Assembly: GCF_018977255.1 (NCBI RefSeq)
Contig: NW_024704743.1
Coordinates: 39,372,001-39,436,000, forward strand
Length of the DNA: 64,000 bases
Direction: 5' to 3'
DNA from: Callorhinchus milii
Taxonomy: Eukaryota
Below, in pieces: positions 26,157 to 39,317 of this stretch. Position 1 is the stretch's first letter, and each line of letters starts with the position of its first letter. A model generated the notes under the pieces. The model was not told the DNA's origin and did not search any database. It saw only the letters and a list, made by a program, of their open reading frames with translations. The position numbers and the translations under genes were made by a program.

Positions 26157-26299
26157 ATAATTTACACCAATACTAAATAAGAAATATCACAATTTGTACC
26201 ATTGTATTATTTCCCTGACTGGTTCTCTCTCTCCATTCACCCCAGGTTTCTTTATTTCTAAGCTGTGAAAGAAGAACCACAACTTCCACAAAGGATAGC

Positions 26300-26910
26300 A
26301 TCTTGGAGCACTTCACTGAGACTGGGTCAGATGGCTGAGTTAGTGAGGAGGGGAAAGGGGAGGGGGTAGTAGCTACAGGTGGCTGAAGAGATAGGATTCA
26401 GTTTGGGTTTAAAGACAGTTAGAGAGGAGGCAAGACAGAGGGAAAGAGATTACCAGAGGTTGGCAGCATAGCGACTAAAAGCTTGGCCACCAATTGTGGG
26501 GCATCGGGGGATGGGTGGGGGCGAGGATAAGTAGAAGACCTGAGTTTGCTGAGCAGAGGGAATGAGTAGAAGAGTGGGGTTGGAGTAAATTACAAAAGGG
26601 AGGGAGTTTCAAGAGATTTGCAGTTGAGGGTGAGGATCTTGGAGTTGACTTGCAGGGAAGGAGTGAGTGGACCCAGGCAAGCACAATGAGCATACGAAGA
26701 TTTGTGTGGGTGAGGGCAGTGGTGTCCGAACCAATTGGAGCTTGTGGAAGCCTGGCTGGGGAGATCGATGAGGAGGGCATTAGAACAATCGAATCTAGAG
26801 GTGATAAAGGCGTGAACAAGAGTTTTGTCAGTATTGGGCGCAAGATATGGCAGAGGCCCAAACTGTGGTGTAGGTGCAGAAAAGGAGTCTTCATCAGGGA
26901 TCACATGTAG
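26300..26910 (-). mobile_element. Degraded L2 3' fragment
   Basis: The ORF ...TLVHAFITSRFDCSNALLIDLP is an L2 RT C-terminal motif. Confidence 0.85.
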
Positions 26911-27391
26911 CTAAACTTATATACTGCAGTACAATATCAGTGAAAAATATTGATTGAGAAGTCTTACGATGACTGTTATGCAGACAATTTTTTGGTAGAT
27001 AGAATAGAATCCAACTCATGGTTAGTGCTTTCTCCCTAATTCCTTCACTTCATGATCATCATCACCATCATCCATTTTTTTGGCTACTAATCCCTTATCC
27101 CCTGGAACTTGCTTCCAAAACCTTTTTGCCTTGTTAACTAACTCTGCTTTTAGTTAACATCTTCACATCTCTCAGTTTTCTGCTCAATGTAAAATTTGAC
27201 AAGCACTTTCAGATGTTGTTTTGTGTAAAAGACATTATGTTGTGGTATGTTTGTCCAGTTCGTAAGGTAATAACTACTGAGGTGAGAAATATATTTAATA
27301 CAAATCTAAATTCCAGAAGTGCTTTGTTTGGTTCCTGCAACTTTTTCTGGACAATCGAACATCAAAAATGTGAATTAGATTTTCTTTAGAT

Positions 27392-27695
27392 TTGCCATGT
27401 TTGCAGACAAAAAAATACACAGTGACTACACTTTACAGTACAGTACAGTCTTCTTTTCAGCCGTGCCTTCAGCTCCCCTCTCAACTCTCTACCCCCTCCC
27501 TTCCCTCCCCTCACCCTGACCATTTCCCCCTGCTCGGGTCCCGACCCAACTGTCCAGAGCCGTGGGACGTCCTCCCGACGTGAAAGGCGCTCTATAAATG
27601 CAATCTTGTTGTTGTTGTTGTATATCCTGTGAAGTGTATTGAGACATCCTACTGATGTGAAAAGCTCTATAGCAAATGATAGGAATATTATTATG
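27392..27695 (+). mobile_element. SINE 3' part interrupted by an L2 3' end (~27445-27620)
   Basis: SINE cagtgactacactttacagta, then the L2 3' UTR ending gttgttgttg, then SINE tatatcctgtgaag...aatattattat. Confidence 0.8.
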
Positions 27696-28742
27696 GTTAT
27701 TGTCAAGGAGGCTGGGTACACTAATTTCTTTTTCCATTGCTCTCAAGTGGTTAAAGTTAAAGACATGCAATTCTCTCTCTCTCTATCTTTGTCCTCTGAG
27801 ATGGGCTAAGTTGAGTCTCTGTTCCTTCATCTGAACCTCACTTTTCCTAAGGTAGCTGCAGCTGCACTAGTTCCCAGAGGAAAGAAAGCTGGCATTGATG
27901 AGGGAGAGTAGGTCCACAGGCTCATCATCCTAGGCTGTGATGGGCAACACAGAGGAGAGCTGAAGCCTCAGGCCAAAGATGGGCATCACAATCAGATAGA
28001 TAAGTACACACAGCCCTGGAGTAGGGTTATGATGCCAAGGAAGTTAGGAAGAAATGCCTAAATTAACTATACACCTGTAAATAGAACCTTTTTTATTTTA
28101 CTGTAAAGCTAATCCTTTTTATCTACTGCCTCTTGATAAATGGAATTTCTCAAGTAAAGCCAAAGGAGTCCCACCAAAACATTGGAGCCAGGATTTCAAT
28201 GCATTATCCTGACATTATAACATAATACAGTTCTTACATGTTTCCTAGCTAAGTAACAATCAGAGTTGGGGTATATTGAACAAACACCTAACTCTCAAGT
28301 TGTGTGCAGTCTTTCACTGTGATAGAATCCCAGGGAAGGGATCAATATTTTGGTTGGCTGCAGTTAGTTAATACTGGTATTAATTACTATATCACAAAAG
28401 TCACAATTTTCATTCCAATAGTTTTAACCAGAAACCAGGAGTCAAATTCCATGTATAAGAGAGCCTTACATCTCTACTTAGCATAGGAACACAATATCAC
28501 GGTACCTTGAAACTCCTCCACTGAAGCTGCCTCAATGTGCAATGACAATTCCAGCTTCATTCCTCCACATTAAATACTCAGGTATTCAGTAAACATCAGA
28601 AGCAAAAAATGTAAGAGATTTCCCAGATTAATTGTCTTCAAATGTCTTCGTTGCCGGTTTTGAACCATTAGTTTCTGTTTTGAGAATTAAGAAACCTGTG
28701 ACTTCCATATTCACCGACAAAATTCTGTTGACTGAAGACTAA

Positions 28743-29270
28743 ATACAACAAAAACTTGCATTTATTGAGCTCTGTTGATGCAGGGTAGCGTCTCGGAGAT
28801 CTTAACAGTGGCTGATGACGGGGGTGGTGGGGGTAAGCGTGAAGATGACTGTAAGCGTGGTCAAAGAGGAAGGTCTTCAGGTGTGAACTGTAAATGTGGA
28901 AGGAGCGACCAAGGCAGAAGGATTGAGGGAAAGAGTTCTGAAGATTTGTGGTGTAATGGTTGAAAGCGTGACCACCGAGGATGTGGGGTAGCAAGGACAC
29001 CTGGGGATTGAGCCTGAATCCTAGGTTATTCAAAGGTTTAGTAAGTCTGAGGGATAGGTGGGGAGGTTGAGGAGGTCAGAACCACAGAAGGGAAGACGTT
29101 GACTGAAGCCAAGGCGTATGGCTTCCATCTTGTTGAGATTCTACTGCAGGAATTTTGCACTCGTCAGGCCTTGATCTCTGAAAAACAAGCTGACTGGATG
29201 TCAGCTGACCTTGAATCACAGCTGAAGGAGGAAAAGTGGATTTGGGTATCATCTGCATATATTACTAGAG
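28743..29270 (-). mobile_element. L2 fragments (3' end and an internal RT piece)
   Basis: Minus-strand LGGHAFNHYTTNLQNSFP...HLKTFLFDHAY, plus YADDTQI at ~29240-29260 (gggtatcatctgcata). Confidence 0.85.
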
Positions 29271-30124
29271 TCTATTGCTGAAACTTTTTTTTTCCTTCCT
29301 GTTTTAGATTGATGCATAAATATTCCTGATAGAAGGACAGTCATTTCCATTGATTTGGTACACGTTGCTGAGGTGCTGTTATAACAACTTGTGTGTTTGT
29401 GGCATTTATATGAATGCCTTATATATAAGTCCAACTGCAGCTCTCCAATGATGTAGATGGTGGACAAAATGTGGATTGAGTGTTCCCTGCAGACTGCGAA
29501 ACAGAGCTATGGCTTCCAGTCAATTGATAGATTATTGTCTATCTGTATCACTGAAGTGAAATGGTGATAAGCAAGGTGTGGTATTTTTCAGGATTTCCTT
29601 TTATTTTGCAGTCTATTTTTGCTCTCATTTTTGCTGTCTGTTTGCTGCAGTGTTAGATTGGATGCAATTACTGAACCAAAGAGCTGAATATTTTGTATTG
29701 TATGGAGTACAGGTGGATAGAGTGAACACCACCAGAGGCAATATTTATCAGCAGAGTTTTGGGCTCAACGCTCAATAATAACACATCATCTACCTCAGTC
29801 TGTCTATCTAGTTTGGCAGCTGATTGACTCTCAAATAGTAAGTGAAATGTTCCATATATGGTGGTCCAATCAGTAAATAAAGCAACACTGATTTTCTCTT
29901 ATTAAACAAAAATCCACTTTGGTGAAAGAGAGTTGGGCCAAGACTTCCTTTGTGATACCACTGTAGGTGCTATAATAAATAGACTAACATTTAGTCAGAC
30001 TAACCTGGTGTGTGCATTCTCAAGGCAAGGAACTTACTTTAGGAATTTAGCTCATCTGGCTCAAGAAGCCAGCCTCTTAAAGTTTGTTTTATATTGCAAA
30101 ACACTTGTGAATCTAATTTACAAT

Positions 30125-30678
30125 TTGACAAATTAGTGACTGTCCTAGTTGGGGAAAGGTAAGCGTGGTCTCTTTGAAGCTGAACTGAAATCTGGGTGAC
30201 ATGTTTGGCAATTGACTGTCGGAATCAGACCAACCCTCGGTGACGGTCTCGGTAGGCCGGTTCCTGAGCCAGGCAGCTCCGCAGTAATCCAGGGCACTGC
30301 TGATGACAGACCAGTCAACCTGGCTCATCAGCAGGACTTAGAGGGACTGACCAGTCACCGAGGGCAGGGACTCTCCAATTTTGCTTCCATTAAGTGCTGT
30401 CAATGGCAAGCTATTTCGTTTAAGCTGGTTAGACTGCAGCAGTACCCCATCACATGCTCTGGGGTCCCCAAGTTTTTGCTCTTGCTAACCTGTGCCAAAC
30501 CTTCTTTGAAATTACGTAAGCAGGGTTCCTCCAGGGAAGAGAGTGGGCATTCCATTCCAGATGAAGGGAATTTCTATGTGTAGGTGGCATACTTGGAACT
30601 TTCAGTCTGGTTTGGATACTCTTAAGCATGATGATGGGTTTCCACATGTGTCAGACATCTGGCTGACCCCCAAAAAAT
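30125..30678 (+). repeat. Unclassified repeat family X copy (internal deletion)
   Basis: Colinear with 32062-32603 and with the reverse complement of 60375-60995. Confidence 0.85.
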
Positions 30679-32061
30679 CCACTTGTAAATCCACTCGAAA
30701 CCAAAGATAGACATTAAAGGAACAGCAGCAGTTCCTTTAACAATAGTACCACTTGTGTGAGTTCCTCAAGATGCTGTTACTAAACCACATCAGCTTGAAG
30801 CAAATGTATTCAAATGATTACAATATGACAACACGAAAATCTACTTTGTGTTACTGAGTAGGATAGATCTTGCTGTATCGCTAAGGCTCTATACATTGGT
30901 ATTAATTTTCATGTCAACATGATATGAATTACACAGTTGCTGAGTTTAGTAATTACTGTGAATTAACAACGTAACTGTTGCTGAAACATCTGGTTATTTG
31001 ACGTTTCCTCTATGTAGAGAAAAATATGAATGTACATAATACACTGCTTTCTGCATTTAAATGTTGCCTCAATTGAAATGTTGCCGTGCAAATCTTCACA
31101 GTTGCCATGGCAGCCCAACACTCTTGTGGTAAGCAATTTCCACCGCACAAAAATATTTCCCTTCCATTCCAGCTCAGAGACAATAAAATAAAAGCAGCTG
31201 GTCAAATACAGCGGAAGGGTTTGATATTTGCTGTAATAGTTGGCGGTAATACCTTGTCTAGTTTTATGGCATTAAACAGCATCATTAATAAAAAAAGCTA
31301 ATGACTGCAATTTTCTCATTGTTGCTCGCGTTACAGGGGTATCTTTCGTCTGTAACAACAGGAGAGTGGTGGCTTCATGAAAGCAACATATAAAATTGCT
31401 ATTCGTTGCTCTCTTTCACTTGCCCTGGTTTTATGTCATATTATACAATTAATTGGATGGACGTCTCCACACATGTAGAATATAACATTTGTCACATCAC
31501 TTTATACTGTTGCGCAATGATGTTTTTCTAGATGAGTGGACAAACAATAAAGCTCTTTATAACCTGACATGCAGGGAGGATGCCTACGTGCTGAACGTTT
31601 AGTCCAGTGCACACTGCTGATAAATTTGTATTCCTTGGACCTTATTTTCCTAACTATTGTTATATCATCCAACAGTAACTACCTGCCTACCTAGTTGAGG
31701 AAATTATTTCTTCCTTTCCCAAACCACGAAAAACGAAAACATTTAAAAAAAGTGTTTTATTTAAATACATATAATATTATGAAATGTGATCATTCTTAAA
31801 CTTGTTCTCCTTCTGTTACAAGGTAGAATTACACATTTACTTTTCAAGATGACAACAACACCAACTTGGGTTTATATAGGACCTTTCACGCAAGTTAGCG
31901 AATCGGAGCATTTAAAGAGATTAAAGATTGTCTCAGGTATTTCAATGTGCCCTTATTTTCTTCTTTTTATAAATAGTTTAGGAGCAGCTCTGAAGTCTAC
32001 CAACAATGTTTCCAGATATGTTCTTAGAAATAATTATACTCTGACAAGCAGATAGGTATAT

Positions 32062-32603
32062 GAAGCATGTTTGACAACAGAATGTCGGAATCGAGCAAGT
32101 CCTCTGTGATGGTCTCGGTAATCTGATTCCTCCTACAGGAGGGTCCACAGTATTCCAGGGCACTGCAGGTGACAGCACAGCCAGCCTGGCTCATCAGAAG
32201 GACCTAGAAGGGCAGACCAGTCAATGGGCAGAGAATCCTCCCACTCAACTCCTATTAACCTGGAAGCCAAAGCCCTAATGGGTAGGGTGTTTCTTGCTTG
32301 ACAAGCTTGCCAGACAACAATATCAATGGCAAGCCATGCGGTTTTAGCTGGTCACTCAAGTACCCCGACACACACTCTGGGGTTCCTAACCTTTGGCTCT
32401 TGGCAACCTGCGCCTAATACTTCCAGAAATTAGGTTAGCAGGATGCATCCCTCCAGGGAGAGAGTGTGCATTCCATTACAACAATCTATCTCTGGAATTT
32501 CGATGTGTAGGTGGGATGCATGGAAATCTCAGCTTGGTTTGGATACTCTTAAGCATAGTGATGGGTTTCCGCACATGCCAGACACCAAGCTGCCCCCCAA
32601 AAT
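32062..32603 (+). repeat. Unclassified repeat family X copy
   Basis: catgtttgacaacagaatgtcggaatc...cagcctggctcatcag...tctggggt...ggatactcttaagcat. Confidence 0.85.
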
Positions 32604-33562
32604 ATGTCAAATGCATGGATTTTTATATATCTTAATTGTGTTACACAATATTGTATTTTGCTTCCTCAAAATACCTGTTAGGGGTGAAAGGAAGCCATAC
32701 AGCACACTTTTTTTATTTCACCATTTTTATTAATATAGAAGCATTTAAATAGTTTGAGATGTTTTGCAGATTGTTTTGTATGTTGACAGAACCTGCTATA
32801 CCATATGTACAAATAGCTGTTTCAGCCTGACTTTCTCTGAGCATGGTTGAACCACTTAGGTTGCTTGTTAGAATGAATTCTGACAGAAAATGTCACAAGC
32901 TTAAACATGCAGTGTTTATCAGCATAGTATTGTTACAATACAGCTTCATTAATAAGATCTATTAAGACTTTATCTCTTGTGCCAGTCTGACATTATCATG
33001 ATGCAATCAGTGTCTCAGTTGAGTATGACATTAAGGATTTTTATAGTTGCTAATTTAATATGTCTTTTCAGCTGGTTTGAAGGTGAAAAGGTGGATGTTA
33101 ATGCTTAGAAATTCACCAGTAAATACGATATTTAATTACGCAGAGCAAACTAAAAATTCAAACTATGCATTTTCTTTGCACAGTTCCCACCAACTGTGGT
33201 TACTGCCTACAACAAATTCTGAGACTCATTCCCTGAGGTAAGGTTATTGGGAATTTTAGGAAGTATTTTGCTTGAGGATTGAGTGAGGAACCAGCTGTGA
33301 TTTAAGGTTCATCAATGCCCAAGTTGCCTTGACTGAAATGCTGCAGATGAGACTTATTCTCCCCAAATTAGCACTTAAAGAAAGAAGTGGCTATTTGCTG
33401 AACAGATGAAGCAGTTCTAAGTGTTGAATGAATAAGCAATGATTCTTCTTTCACTCCTAAGCTTCTTTCACTCCTAAACACGCACACATTCCACCCAACC
33501 CCATCCTATGGTACAATAAACTGCTGACAATCATTCTAAAGGCTCACACATGACAGTTATTA

Positions 33563-33845
33563 GCCCAGCTTAATTGATAGCACTCTCGCCTCTGAGTCAG
33601 AAGATTATAAGTTCAAGTCCCATTTTGGGACTTTGAATTTATATAGTCTAAGTTAACTAACCCTGCATTGTTGGAGGTGTCATTCTTCAGATGAGATATG
33701 AAACAAAGGTCCCACCTGCCTGTTAAAGTAGATGTTAAAGACCCCATATACACAATTATTACACTTTATAGTAAATCCTGTGAAGCACTTTGAAACATCC
33801 TCCTGTGAAAGGTGCTATGTCAAAATTAAAGATTATTATCTTATT
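33563..33845 (+). mobile_element. SacSINE1-like SINE (5' part plus tail)
   Basis: tagcactctcgcctctgagtcagaag...gttcaagtccc...gcattgttggaggtgtc. Confidence 0.75.
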
Positions 33846-33994
33846 GTGATGGAATGGATGCTTGAATGTGATAACTTTACATGAGTCAACAATAGCTTCA
33901 GGGAGAAAAAGAAAAAAAATGGATGGACAAAATCCCACAAATACTTCTGACTGTATCACTCTAAACAAATACAGTGCTGTGGGGAAGAAAATTA

Positions 33995-34093
33995 ATATAA
34001 TCCTTGCATTTGATATAGTGCCTTATCACGTTTTCGAGGTCTCTCAAAGCGCTTCACTGTAAAGTGAATTGACTGTATATTTTATAGGCGAAA
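33995..34093 (-). mobile_element. Young SINE 3' fragment
   Basis: taatccttgcatttgatatagtgccttatcac...gtaaagtgaattgactgtatat. Confidence 0.85.
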
Positions 34094-36599
34094 AGGCTAT
34101 GTTTCATATCAATTAGGAAATATGTTATAGAATCTTTGATAAAACAATACATTTTTCCATCCTGGGGTGTGTTTCCCACCTACCTTTGGCACAATGATTC
34201 TGTCCAACTCTGTTTCTATGATTTTCCTGTGCCACTATCCAGTATTTCCAATTAATGAGCCCAATTCCTGTTCCCAGTGTAAGAGCTAGTGTTTGAATGT
34301 CACTTCACAGGACACCGATTGAGTTATAAAGCTATACAGAAACTATTTTACTGTAAGTTATCTTTATTGCCATAAATTACCTCACATTACATCAACAATC
34401 GAAAGTAACAATTTCAACGTTGAAATCTTCAGGCCTAAAGATAGTGCCAAGGTCCACGGGATGATATAGAAAGGAGCACTCCTGCAACCAACCTTTAGAA
34501 ACTGATGGAAAATGCAATGTTTGATAATACATTTCATAACACATTCAGCATTATTGAATCTATTAAAAAAACATGTTTCATCCCCATTTCTTAAAGACCT
34601 GTTTTAGATTTAATGGCTCCCCATTAAAAAAATGATGCATATTCAGGTAAATGTAAAGATAATGTAACCAGGCAAACTGGTAAAGTGGCTATGTGGTGAT
34701 TAATTTTAGAATACGACCTTCAATTTGTGCTGTCCTGAATCATAAGGAGAGAAAATCAATTAGAATAAGATGTAATTTATGGTAGTTTATTTCATTATTC
34801 AGCCTCTCCAGAAGTAGAATAATGAAACAAACTGAAGAGCCTTCCAGTTTACCCCATTCTCCATCCACAATGGCTGTGACCATCACATTGATCTAAAGAT
34901 GACCTTTCTTGGCCAATATGTCAGATGATAGTAATTGACTTTCATTTTGTGATTGGACAATGAATACGAGGCAGACTTTAATTTTTTTACGAGAAGTTTC
35001 ACAGATTTGCTTTGAACAGTTGAAGTGATGAGGTTAGGTCATTGAGGGGAAAGAAGATACTCTTTGATGAAGGTTATAGAATACTTTAAAGACAGGAATA
35101 TTGAATAAAAAAGAAAAGGCAAATACATATACATTTTATTCTATTAATCTCATTGAGCTGTTTGATTTCACTGCTCAAAGCTACATCTTCCTCTTGATGT
35201 GCTCCTGTAACCATCACCTGAATGTAATGGCAGTCATCTCTAATGGGATTTGCTTTTGGATCACACTTGCTCAATCCTAAATATTATATTTCATATTCCT
35301 GATGAATTATACAGCAAAAATGTAATTGTAGAAAATCATTTTATCCTCCGTATTTACAAAAAAAAGCCTTCAATTTTGTTGGGATATACTTCCAAAAAAA
35401 ATTTGTTCTATTTTAAGTTATCTTTAATTTCATGATTTGCTTCATGCTTTATTAACTTTTCAATTTGTTTCTGTGGTTTCCAATTCAATTTTCCTATTTG
35501 AGGTATTAGGGTCTGAAGGGTCAAAAATGCAGACGTTGCAAGATGGATTCACAAAGCATGATCAATATTGAATTTAGCTAGTAAATCAACATGCATCACC
35601 AGAATTGCAGGAACTCTACTTCTGGACCTCCTACTGTGCATGACTGAGCAGAGTTCCTGTGGGTCTTAAGAGCTCTGAAATGCTGCCCCTCATGAAAGGT
35701 TTTATAGAAATACAGAAAGTTGTTGTTTCTTTTGTGGTTGGTTTGCCGTACATTGAATCACCGGCAGGGTTCAATACTTTTCAATTTTACTTTGCAAACA
35801 TGATATTCTCCACCCACTACTTGGATCTTGCACAAAACTTAAATTATGATGTTAAAACAGTATCTGCCAATCTCTTTTTATGCCATTCATTCTTTGGCAT
35901 GGAATAAATATGTTTAGATTTCCTCCACTGCATTGGAATATTATATTGTGTATCTTCTGGTTTGAACTTTGATTAAACCAATCTAATTTTAGATCTTTCC
36001 TATACAAATTCAAATATATTAATAATACCTGGGATATGAAATAACCACATAACGAAGGGATCAAAGTCATATCAATGTTAAGAGAGATTTACCAGCCTAG
36101 ATTCTGGTTACGTTTCAGCCATTTCAGCAGAAATAAACCAAATATTACACGTTTTGGAAAATTAACAAATCTAATCTCAGATACTTTGCAAAGTACTATG
36201 TGAGGCACATATGAGGCACAGTTCTCTGGAGTGCACAAAAAACCACTTGATCAACTTCCTTAATGGAGCTAGATGGAATGGCATTAGGCTCTCTTATTAT
36301 AGAAGCTCTGATGCGGAGGTACATTCAGACCTTATTATTACGTTTCCTGCTTTTCTCACATTGGAGGCACTTGTTCTTGCTGGAAGAGGGTTGCATGTGC
36401 ACTGCCAGCCCCTTGATACCCTCTGCTCCTATTTTTAATTGACTTATACAATATTTATGCCAGAAAGGAGTGTTGGCAACTTGTTCGATTATAAAATCTT
36501 AAAATGGCTTCCTTCCCCACACCTGCTCTGTCTACACTATTAAAGAATTTAAAGTACTGTGCAAAATAGCTCATCTGAACCAACAAAAATGGCACATGG

Positions 36600-37500
36600 A
36601 ATGAAAATTGTCCTTAAAAAGAAAATGATATGCTGTAGAAAAAATGAATGGGAGAAGAAAATCCTGCATGGTCAAATTCCAAGAGAAATGAAAGAACAAG
36701 GCCTAGATATGAACTAAAGCCATGTGGTTGGTTAACAGAGATCTGAAATCAGAAACAGAAGCTCTGATATCTGCACAATACCAATCTTTTGCTACCTGTT
36801 ATCATGAAAATGAGATCTTAAAGAAAGATATTGTTCCAAAATCCCAAATATATCACCAAGCCCCAGAAACAGTATATTGTCATCACGCCATCCGGCAGAA
36901 AAGACGTTATATAAATGCTAGTTGTTATCATATCCAGCCCTAGCACAATCAGAGTATCTGATTTAACATAACAATACAGCTGTATATATTCACTGGACAA
37001 TTTTTAAACACGTTGATATTGATGTAAAGATCAACTGGTAATGAATTTTGAGCAATGAAAGTGACGTAGAAAAATAACATCACAATAATCTGGGACAAAT
37101 TAAACAGTAATCTGTCACAAACCAGATATTATAAACAACCAAATAGATTGCAGATGTAGCATTATTGATGTGCTTATCCCAAGTGATTACAACATATGAG
37201 ATAAGGAACTAGAGAAGATCAGGAAATATATCGATCTACAAATTGAATATAGACGTAATTGGCAGTATAAAACGAACATGGTTTCTATTATCATTGATAC
37301 AACTGGGACAGTAAATAAGACTATTCAGGAATGGCTTGGCAAAATACCTAGTGAACAGAATATCAACCGCCTGCAAAATGTAGCTATTTTAAGAATCTCA
37401 AACACAGTAACGAAAGTAACATCCATTCATATGTAAAGTGGTAATATTATGGATATCACTGAAAACCATGTAGAAATTACTTCTAGAGTGATTTAAACTA
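36600..37500 (+). mobile_element. Decayed R4/Dong-clade (RLE-type) non-LTR retrotransposon, C-terminal part
   Basis: Manual translation across stops and frameshifts gives WEKKILHGQ...WLVNRDLKSETEALISAQYQ...ETV...PALAQSEYLI*HNNTAVYIHW...ITIIWD...HKPDII...IIDVLIPSDYNI*DKELEKIRKYIDLQIEYRRNW...VSIIIDTTG...LQNVAIL, with a stop at 37434-37436. This is the CCHC-region plus PD..D restriction-like endonuclease pattern. Confidence 0.88.
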
Positions 37501-37502
37501 AA

Positions 37503-38123
37503 AATAATAATAATCCTTACATTTGATATAGCACTTTATCACATCTTTGAGATGTCTCAGAGCACTTCACAGAATATACTGTAAAGTGAATTGACTGTAT
37601 TTTTTGTGAGTGAAATGTGGAGCCAATTGTGCACAGCAGTGCCCCACAAACAGTCGTGGACTGTGACCAATTTTTTTTTGAAGGAATTATTACCCCCGGT
37701 AAAGCGATCTGCCAATCGACTAACAACCACTTACTGCTAGGTAAACAGAGGTGTGTGGAGTAAGGAAACTTGCCTAATGTTTCGCCCTGCCAGGAATTGA
37801 ACCCAGGTCTCTCACTTAATAATAATAATCCTTGCATTTGATATAGCGCTTTTCACGTCGGGAGGATGTCCCAAAGCGCTTCACAGAACACACTGTAAAG
37901 TGAATTGACCGTACATTTGTGGGTGAACCCGGCAGCCAATTGCGCACAGCAATGTCCCACAAACCGTCGTAGATTGAAAATGACCAATTTATTATTATTT
38001 TTGGTTTTGGAGGGATTATTATTAGGTGTGTGGAGTAAGGAAACTTGCCCAAGGTTTCGCCCTGCCTGGGACTGAACTTGGGTGCGAGGTGAGTGCTCTA
38101 ACCACTGAGCTACAGGACTCCAC
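37503..38123 (-). mobile_element. Two tandem young SINEs (long form 37503-37815; near full-length short form 37817-38123)
   Basis: The minus strand has the tRNA-like head gtggagtcctgtagctcagtggttagagcac at ~38095-38123 and two (TTA)n tails. Confidence 0.92.
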
Positions 38124-38124
38124 T

Positions 38125-38610
38125 GTAATAACAGTGGATTCACGAGAATGATACCAGGAATGGGGAACCTTAGCTATGAGGACAGGCTGGAGAAGTTAGG
38201 ACTTTTCCCATTAGAGCAGAGAAGGTTACCGGGGACCTGGCAGAGGTCTTCAAGATCATGAAAGGTTAGATAAGGAAAAGCTGTTTCCGCTGGTAGGTGT
38301 ATCGGTGACCTGTGGTCACAGTCTTAAGATATCTACCAAAAGAAGCAGAGGAGAGGTTAGAAGACATTTTTTCACTCAGCGAGTTGTTAGAATTTTGAAT
38401 GATCTGCCTGAAAGGGTAGTGAAGTCCGATTTGATAACAGCTTTTAAGAGAGAACTGGATAAGTATTTGGAGAAGACAGGTTTGCAGGGTTATGGGGAGA
38501 AAGCTGGTGATTGGGGTAAGTGAAAGTGACTTGCTCTGTCAAAGAGCCGGCACAGACTTGATGGGCCAAATGGCCTTCTTCTGTGTCGTAACATTCTATG
38601 AATCTATGAA
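38125..38610 (+). mobile_element. CR1 LINE 3' end
   Basis: FTRMIPGM, LSYEDRLEKLGLF and GHSLKI...RRHFFTQRVVRILNDLPERVV...FKRELDKYL motifs, ending in attctatgaatctatg. Confidence 0.93.
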
Positions 38611-38615
38611 AATAA

Positions 38616-38900
38616 CATAATAATAATCCTTACATTTGGTACAGCACCTCTCACATCAGGTAGACGTCCCAAAGTACTTCACATGAAATTCTATGATGTG
38701 GCGTAACTGTGGGTTCTGTGAACGCAGCAGCCAATCTGTGCACAGCAATGTCCCACAAATAGCCATGAATACCTGATTTTTTTTGAAGGGGATTGTTGGC
38801 CAGAACATTGACAGAGTTTCCCTTCTCTTTTTGAACAGTGACATGTGATCTTTAATGTCCTTCTGAACAGGCAGAAGGAATTTAATGTCTCATTCAAAGG
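38616..38900 (-). mobile_element. SacSINE1/Deu-type SINE 3' half
   Basis: gcagccaatctgtgcacagcaatgtcccacaaatagccatgaa...gttggccagaacat...gatctttaatgtcc. Confidence 0.75.
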
Positions 38901-39317
38901 ACGAAGGCAGGTCTGCTTCAATTTTGAGGAAATGTCAGTAAAACAGCAACTTTTTTAAAAAAAAACCTTATTGTTACTCAACTTGAGGAGGAATTCATGA
39001 AAAAGGCATCCTCCTAAGAGTTCTTGGCTGCCCACTGTGCTCTCAAGCCAAGTTTCCAATATGATGGTGGATCAAGCTAATCCAAAGTCAACAGTTAATA
39101 AGTATAGGAATTTCATAAATCAATCAGCTTTATTGTATTATTTATGTAAGTGCCTCAAGAACAGTGAAGGCCATAATGTACTTCCAAGTTGACTGACTGA
39201 AACAGTAGTCTCCAGATGAAGTTTGATGACAAGCGCTCTTTAGGAAATCTCAAGGTTAAACAAATAGACATGATGGCAGAACGTAGGGGTTGAAAAAGTG
39301 CTTGAATGATATAACCA

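Noticed and set aside
30628..30668. C/D-box-like ATGATGA...CTGA at the end of a family X copy
   Set aside because: Too short for a snoRNA, and the C box is not conserved in the other copies.
35130..35278. Possible minus-strand exon (LSKCDPKANPIRDDCHYIQVMVTGAHQEEDVALSSEIKQLNEINRIK)
   Set aside because: Weak acceptor and donor, no recognisable homology and no partner exons. It cannot be supported without RNA-seq.
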